A DNA stretch of 27,232 bases from Chiloscyllium plagiosum. Its lineage: Eukaryota. Of the stretch, positions 21,176 to 27,232 are shown piece by piece. The stretch covers positions 20,339,964 to 20,367,195 of the forward strand of contig NC_057750.1 of the NCBI RefSeq assembly GCF_004010195.1, in the 5' to 3' direction. Below the pieces are notes generated by a model. It saw only the letters and a program-made list of their open reading frames with translations. It was not told the DNA's origin and made no database searches. Position numbers and translations under genes: made by a program. Positions within the stretch are counted from its first letter, which is position 1; every line of letters starts with the position of its first letter.

Positions 21176-21818
21176 TGTTGTGGTTCTGTTCGCTGAGCTG
21201 GAAGTTTTTGTTGCAAACGTTTCGTCCCCTGACTAGGCGACATATCAGTGCTTGGGAGCCTCCTTCGAAGCGCTTCTTTGGTGTTTCCTCCGGTGTTTAT
21301 AGTGGTCTGTCCCTGCCGCTTCCGGTTGTCAGTTTCTGCTGTCCGCTGTAGTCGTTGGTTTATTGGGTCCAGGTCGATGTGTTTGTTGATGGAGTTTGTG
21401 GATGAATGCCATGCCTCTAGGAATTCCCTGGCTGTTCTCTGTCTGGCTTGCCCTATGATAGTAGTGTTGTCCCAGTCGTATTCATGTTGCTTGTTGTCTG
21501 CGTGTGTGTGAATTTGACTGGGACAACACTACTATCATAGGGCAAGCCAGACAGAGAACAGCCAGGGAATTCCTAGAGGCATGGCATTCATCCACAAACT
21601 CCATCAACAAACACATCGACCTGGACCCAATATACCAACCACTACAGCGGACAGCTGAAACTGACAACCGGAAGCGGCAGGGACAGACCACTATAAACAC
21701 CGGAGGAAACATCAAAGAAGCGCTTCGCAGGAGGCTCCCAAGCACTGATGATGTCGCCTAGCCAGGGGACGAAACGTTTGCAACAAAAACTTCCAGCTCG
21801 GCGAACAGAACCACAACA
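21176..21818. mobile_element. Penelope-like 3' end inverted pair 2 (GIY-YIG C-terminus plus pseudo-LTR)
   Basis: Arms 21176-21484 (-) and 21509-21818 (+). Encodes EFDWDNTTIIGQARQRTAREFLEAWHSSTNSINKHIDLDPIYQPL, typical of the Penelope GIY-YIG C-terminus. Confidence 0.9.
21742..21781 (+). ncRNA. Minimal type I hammerhead ribozyme motif (Penelope-associated)
   Basis: GCA-CTGATGA-T-GTCGCCT-AGCC-AGGGGAC-GAAA-CG-T-T-TGC: conserved core, stem II, palindromic ACGT stem III and a 3-bp stem I. Confidence 0.75.
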
Positions 21819-23310
21819 TCTATGTACATGGACGCCTAGATCTCTCTGAGCATCTACACTACCAAGAATCTTTCATTAGCCCAGTACACTTTATTCCTGT
21901 TGCTCCTTCCAAAGTGAATCACCTCACACTTTTCCATTTGCCACCTATCAGCCCAGCTCTGCACCTTATTGATGTCCGTCTGTAACCTGCAACATTCTTC
22001 AGCACTATCCACAACTCCACCAACCTTAGTGTCAACTGCAAATTTACTAACCCATCCTTCTATGCCCTCATCCAGGTCATTTATAAAAATGACAAACAGC
22101 AGTGGCCCCAAAACAGATCCTTGCCACACACCACTAATAATGAACTCCAAAATGAACATTTCCCATCAATCACCACCCTCTGTCTTGTTTCAGCGAGGCG
22201 ATGTCTGATCTAAACGGCTAAAATCACCCTCAATCCCATGGCCTCCGTATTTTGTACGATAGCCTACTGTGGAGAATCTTATCAAACGCCTTACTGAAAT
22301 TCATTTACCTGTACACCACATCACAACCGCTTTACCCTCATCCACCTGCTTGATCACCATCTCAAAGAACTCAGTAAGATTTGTGAGGCATGACCTACCC
22401 TTCACAAAACCATGTTGGTTATCCTTAATCAATTTATTCCTCTCTAGATGATTATAAATTCTATCTCTCATGACCTTTTCCAAAACCTAACCCACAACCG
22501 AAGTGAGGCTCATTGGTCTATAATTTCCACGGTTGTCTCTACTCCCCTTCTCAAACAAGGGAGCAACATTTGCTATTCTCCAGTCTTCTGGCACTATTCC
22601 TGTCGACGATGATAAAGATCAAAGCCAAAGGCTCTGCAATCTTCTCCCTGGCTTCCCAGAGAATCCGAGGATAGATCCCATCCAGTCCAGGGGACTTCTC
22701 TATTTTCACACTGGCCAGAATTGCTAACACCTCCTCCTTGCTATCGTCAATCTTGTCTTGTCTAGTAGACTGTATCTCAGTATTCTTCTCGACAACATTG
22801 TCTTTTTCTAGTGTGAATACGGACGAAAAATATTCATTTAGTGCTTCCCCTAACCTCCTGGACTCCACACACAACTTCCCACTACTCTCCTTGAGTGGCA
22901 CTAATCTTGCTCTAGTCATTCTTTTATTCCTGACACACCGATAGAAAGCTTTCGGGTTTTCCTTCATCCTACCTGCCTATAAGTTCTCATGTCCCCTCCT
23001 GGCTCTTCTTAGCTCTCTCGAGGTCTTTCCTGGCTAAACTGTAACTCTCAAGTACCCTGAGCCTTCACGTCTCATTCTAACATGAACCTTCTTCCTCCTC
23101 TTGACAAGAGATTCAACTTCTTCAGTAAACCACGTCTCCCTCACTCAACAACATCGTCCCTGTCTGACAGGTACATACTTACCAAGGACCCACAGTAGCT
23201 GTTCCTTGAATAAGCTCCATATTTCAATTGTGCCCATCCCCTGCAGTTTCCTTTCCCATCCCATGCATGTTAAATCTTGCCTAATCACATCATAATTGCC
23301 TTTCCCTCCG

Positions 23311-23630
23311 TAGGCCCAGTGGTTAGCACTGCTGCCTCACAGCGCCTGTAGACCCGGGTTCAATTCCCGACTCAGGCGACTGACTGTGTGGAGTTTGCAC
23401 ATTCTTCCCGTGTCTGCGTGGGTTTCCTCCGGGTGCTCCGGTTTCCTCCCACAGTCCAAAGATGTGCGGGTTAGGTGAATTGGCCATGCTAAATTGCCCG
23501 TAGTGTTAGGTTAAAGGGGTGGATGTAGGGGTATGGGTGGGTTGCGCTTCGGCGGGTCGGTGTGGACTTGTTGGGCCGAAGGGCCTGTTTCCACACTGTA
23601 AATAATCTAATCTAATCTAATCTAATCTAA
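23311..23630 (+). mobile_element. Young HE1/V-SINE-type SINE nested in CR1
   Basis: cagtggttagcactgctgcctcacagcgcc..gggttcaattcc; near-identical to the 12656 copy; (TCTAA)5 tail. Confidence 0.93.
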
Positions 23631-24741
23631 TAACTCTTGCCCTGTAATATATAGCTATTCTTTTCCATGGCTAAGATAAACATAACCGATCTGTGGTCGC
23701 TATTGCCAAAGTGCTTACCTACCTCCAAATCTAACACCTGGCCAGGTACCCAGTACCAAATCCAATGTGGTCTCACCCCTTGTTGGCTTGTCTACATACC
23801 GTATCAGGAAAGCATCCTGCATGCATTGGACAAAACTGGCTCATCTAAAGTATTCGAACTACAGTATTTCCAGTCAATATTTGGAAAGTTAAAGGCCCCC
23901 ATAACAACTACCCTGTTACTCTCACTCCTATCCACAATTATCCTTTCCTCTACATCTCTGGAACTATTTGGAGGCCTATGGAAAACTCCCAATAGGGAGA
24001 CCTCTGCTTTCCTGTTTCTAACCTCAGCCCACACAACATCAAAGTCCCAAGTACCAACCCATAGCCTAGTCCCTAAGTTTTTTTATTTTAAAGGGAAGTG
24101 CCAGGTGCTGTATTCCAGATGGAAATTGATCAAACTGTCAGATTTTAAGCAAAATTCACTTTATTCATACACTATAATTAAAATACAACAAAAGAAAGAA
24201 GAAGTTGCAACAACTGAACTCTCCAGGAAGAATCCATCCCTCTCCATGTCTACAGTCTGAGATTAAACCAGCCTACTTGCAGATTTGACCCAAAGCTGAG
24301 CTTCTGACCGCACACTGATGCCATTGCTGAAATGAGCCATTTCCACCTCCATTATTTAACACAATGTCATCTGGCTGTACACCTACTGCAGAACTTCTCA
24401 TCACCCATACTTCTCAATAAAACTCGCTTGGCTGCTCTCCCACATTTTACCCAATGATCACATGAGGCTATTTGACTTCAAAGTTCATCACCGACGTCTT
24501 CACTCACACCAAACTCGAGACCCCTTTCAACCAAGTATCACTGATCTGCAAACAGTTCAAACTTGTGCTGAAACAGAGATGCAATGTGCTAATTGGAAAC
24601 ATAGAAAGATGTGGGTTCCCCACACTTGTGTGGGTACATTTATTGCAACAAGAACTTATTATCCAGAACTTTCCATCCCCAGATAATGGCCCCTCTCAGG
24701 AGCTATCCAGATTACATGTGGACACAGTAGAAGATAGTCAC

Positions 24742-24912
24742 CTGTTGATGTGATCCTCCCAGTCATCAGGTGGCAAAGGGGCATCTGTGTCTGTCCTTGC
24801 AAAGATGACATGACGCTCACATTCGTTCATCACACTCCGAGCCTTCTGGTTATCATACAGGGGGGTTGGTGTTGGAATTACTGTCTCCACATCAACAGTC
24901 ACGTCACAATCA
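24742..24912 (-). CDS. KANSL3: KANSL3 coding exon 2 (171 nt, phase 2-2); not in the ORF track
   Basis: Acceptor ttctgtattttgcAG. Encodes (S)[56 protein letters not shown](R). Donor AG|GTGACT. Confidence 0.95.
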
Positions 24913-26299
24913 CTGCAAAATACAGAACCCCATCATTACACCTAAAGGTGGAAACCTAAAGATTCTGGAACTAGTGTGGAGGGGGGGTGTTGTTTTTGTC
25001 GACTCTCTATTACTTCTCCTAAGTCACAATGAATTAGATGGTTTTCACAGAACATAAACAGGTGATTTTGGTAATGAGGCTTGGATGAGTGTTAACGCAC
25101 CATCTCTCACCTCTCAGCTTACTCAATTGGCTTGAAATCCTTTATCTCCCTCATGTTTATCAGCCTACCCAAAATTATATCTGCACTATTCATGTTGACC
25201 AGTCCTTGCAGGACTTTGAACAAAGCACTCCTCGTTACAAAGGGACAGATAAAAAAGTTGAGTTGACACGAAAGATCTGCTGACCCTGTTTGAAGATCAG
25301 GTTCAAAGGGCTAATTAGTGCCACATATAAAGTGGTTTTTGGGTGAGGTCGCAAATTGTTATTTTCAGTGCTGGTGCCTGATGCAAATATGCTGCAGCCA
25401 CTGCCCATCTTTGCAACACATGCCAGTGTTTTCTGTGTAAAGGTTGACATTTACGTGTTTCATCTCATACTTGCAGAGCTTCAGGTGTCCTACTGGTCAT
25501 CTGCCTACTTTGCCATTCAGAAAATCATGTGCCATGCATGAGATCACAAAATTACCTGTGCTGGATGACTGCCAACATACTGGAGAGGTTGGCCTTTGAG
25601 AAAACGGCCACATTTGTTTTTGTGTCCTTTCCACAAGTGACTGGAATGTGGCACAAATACTAAAGTGAAATTAGTTCAGATTCTTTTCTCAATAGCTGTA
25701 ATTGGTCATTGTTTCACAGCCATACCACAAGTTGCTGAGAACACAGGCACCACAAATATCTATGCTGATCGTACAAGTCAGCTTCATGTTATGTCACAGA
25801 CATTTTGTGTATGAGCCAACTGTGGTAGCTGTGATCCCAAATCCGATATCAGTTTCCATATCAAGAGACGTGTTCTGTGACATTGAAAATCTACGGTTGC
25901 AGAATTTGCTCACTACTTACAGAGGTACATTCTTTACCGTGATCATGAACGGAGATGTGGCACCCTATCCCATAACCACGGTTTTACTAATGCTTAATAG
26001 TTGCAGGCATAAGAGAGCCATAAGTCTCTGCAGCGGAGTTTCTGTTAGAGTGACTGGCACAGCATTATCAGCATTGAGAAGTTCCCTGATCAACACGTAC
26101 TTTTGCTTCACCTTCAATTTCAGTCTGGGTAGATGGTAGAGCTTGCTATCTGACTGATAATGCAGATAAACTCCTCCCATGTCTACAGGGAAAGTTATTT
26201 TTAACCCCATTCCAGGGTCCTATAGAAGTGAAAATATCTTGGTCAGGTTGAGTTTTAGTTCCAAGCCAGGATGAAACACAGCTTTGAGCGAAACATTCC

Positions 26300-26750
26300 C
26301 TTGACCTATGAAGTGGTAGGGATTGTTGCTTTGGAAGGTGCCATCGAAAAAATTTTGATGAATTTCTGCAGTGCACCTTGTCGATGGTGCACACTGCTAC
26401 TGCTGAGCATTAGTGGTGGAGGGAGTGGACAGTGAAAGCGACGGTTGGGGATGTCAGCAAGCTGTTCACAGTACTTTGTATTTGGTGGTGTCAAGGTTTT
26501 CGAGTACTCCTAACTTTTGCCATTTGGATGGTGGACAGCCTTTGGGGAGTCAGGAGGTGAGTTACATACTCACGACAGCATTCCTCTGACCTGCTCTCGT
26601 AGCTACAATACTTGCATAGTTGGTCCACTTGAGTTTCTGGTCAATGCTAACTCCGATGTTGATAACGGGGGAATCAATGATCAGAACACTATTGAATATC
26701 AAAGGGTGATGGTTAGATTGTTTCTTATTGAAGGTGGTCATTGCCTGGCA
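26300..26750 (-). mobile_element. Old CR1/L2-clade LINE fragment
   Basis: Minus ORF 26562-26819 contains INIGVSIDQKLKWTNYASIVATRAGQR, matching the LINE RT C-terminal LGVxxDxxLxW motif. Confidence 0.7.
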
Positions 26751-27017
26751 CTTATAAAGACAAAAAGGGAAACATATCTTTCGGTCCAACTCCAACCAGA
26801 CAATCTGATCTAATCCCATTTGACGACATTTGGTCCCTATCCCGCTGAATCTTTCCTATTCATAAACCCATCCAATTTCTATGCGAAGAATGTTAAGGTT
26901 CGGGAATTGGACTGGAGTCATCCTGCCAGGAAGGGTGAACGTTGGGACCAAACCCCGACACCGGGGACAGTTGTATCCCCCCGAGATACCCCGCCCAGGC
27001 GTGACACGGCCCTTCAC

Positions 27018-27232
27018 CTGCTGCTGTCCTGCTGCCTCCGCGGGGTCACGAAGAGAAGCCGTGCCGGCCTGGAGCTGCTGGCCTCGGGGTGTGCGCTCCA
27101 CGGCTTAGCGTAGCTGTGATCCAGGAAAACCAGGTCGAGCTCCCGCTCATGGGCCGACAGCTGCAGCAGGAGCGAGGCGCCCATTCTCCGGGCCGAGCTC
27201 TGCAGGTCCCGCTCGCTGCCCCGACAACACAT
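27018..27232 (-). CDS. KANSL3: KANSL3 coding exon 1 (215 nt, ends phase 2)
   Basis: Translates [71 protein letters not shown], matching the vertebrate KANSL3 N-terminus as I recall it ([21 protein letters not shown]). Donor AG|GTGAAG at 27018/27017. Region is GC/CpG-rich. Confidence 0.95.

Larger units (their letters stand above)
18668..24035 (-). mobile_element. 5'-truncated CR1 LINE (APE to 3' tail) interrupted by three later insertions
   Basis: APE LLGVFHRPPNS..VVVMGAFNFPNIDW (23804-24034). RT KSPGLDGIYPR, QHGFVKGRSCLTNL, GVWQGSVLGPLLFVIFINDL..KFAVDTK. C-terminal LYKSLVWPHLGYCVHFWS. Tail atagaacatagaaca at 18668. CR1 pieces are 18668-19259, 20110-20181, 21818-23310 and 23631-24035. Confidence 0.93.

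Noticed and set aside
23667..24260. 197-aa plus-strand ORF
   Set aside because: Antisense to the CR1 APE region, with no recognisable domain.
24050..24710. Possible LTR or hAT-derived fragments
   Set aside because: No termini, TSD or protein motif that I could support.

Overview
Vertebrate genomic DNA, most likely an elasmobranch (shark or ray), inferred from HE1/V-SINE-type SINEs, CR1 LINEs and Penelope-like elements. The window holds the first eight coding exons of KANSL3 (NSL complex subunit 3) on the minus strand. The start ATG is at the window end (27232), and the exons total 1086 nt / 362 codons with GT-AG introns and consistent phases; the gene continues beyond position 1. The introns are mostly retroelement debris: many CR1 fragments, eight tRNA-derived V-SINE-type copies, a probable DeuSINE, and several Penelope-like relics with hammerhead ribozyme motifs. 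The most unusual region is in intron 2 (18.7-24.0 kb), where a minus-strand CR1 is interrupted three times: (i) an unidentified ~850-bp insert with a 10-bp direct repeat and a poly(A) signal; (ii) a ~1.6-kb composite bounded by a 12-bp direct repeat, made of two fold-back Penelope pseudo-LTR pairs (four hammerhead motifs) enclosing an assembly gap and a retroviral Gag-like fragment; (iii) a young SINE. Two N-gaps (16805-17020, 20530-20881) limit interpretation. Family assignments come from recognition of motifs, not from database searches, and I cannot claim a proven new system.
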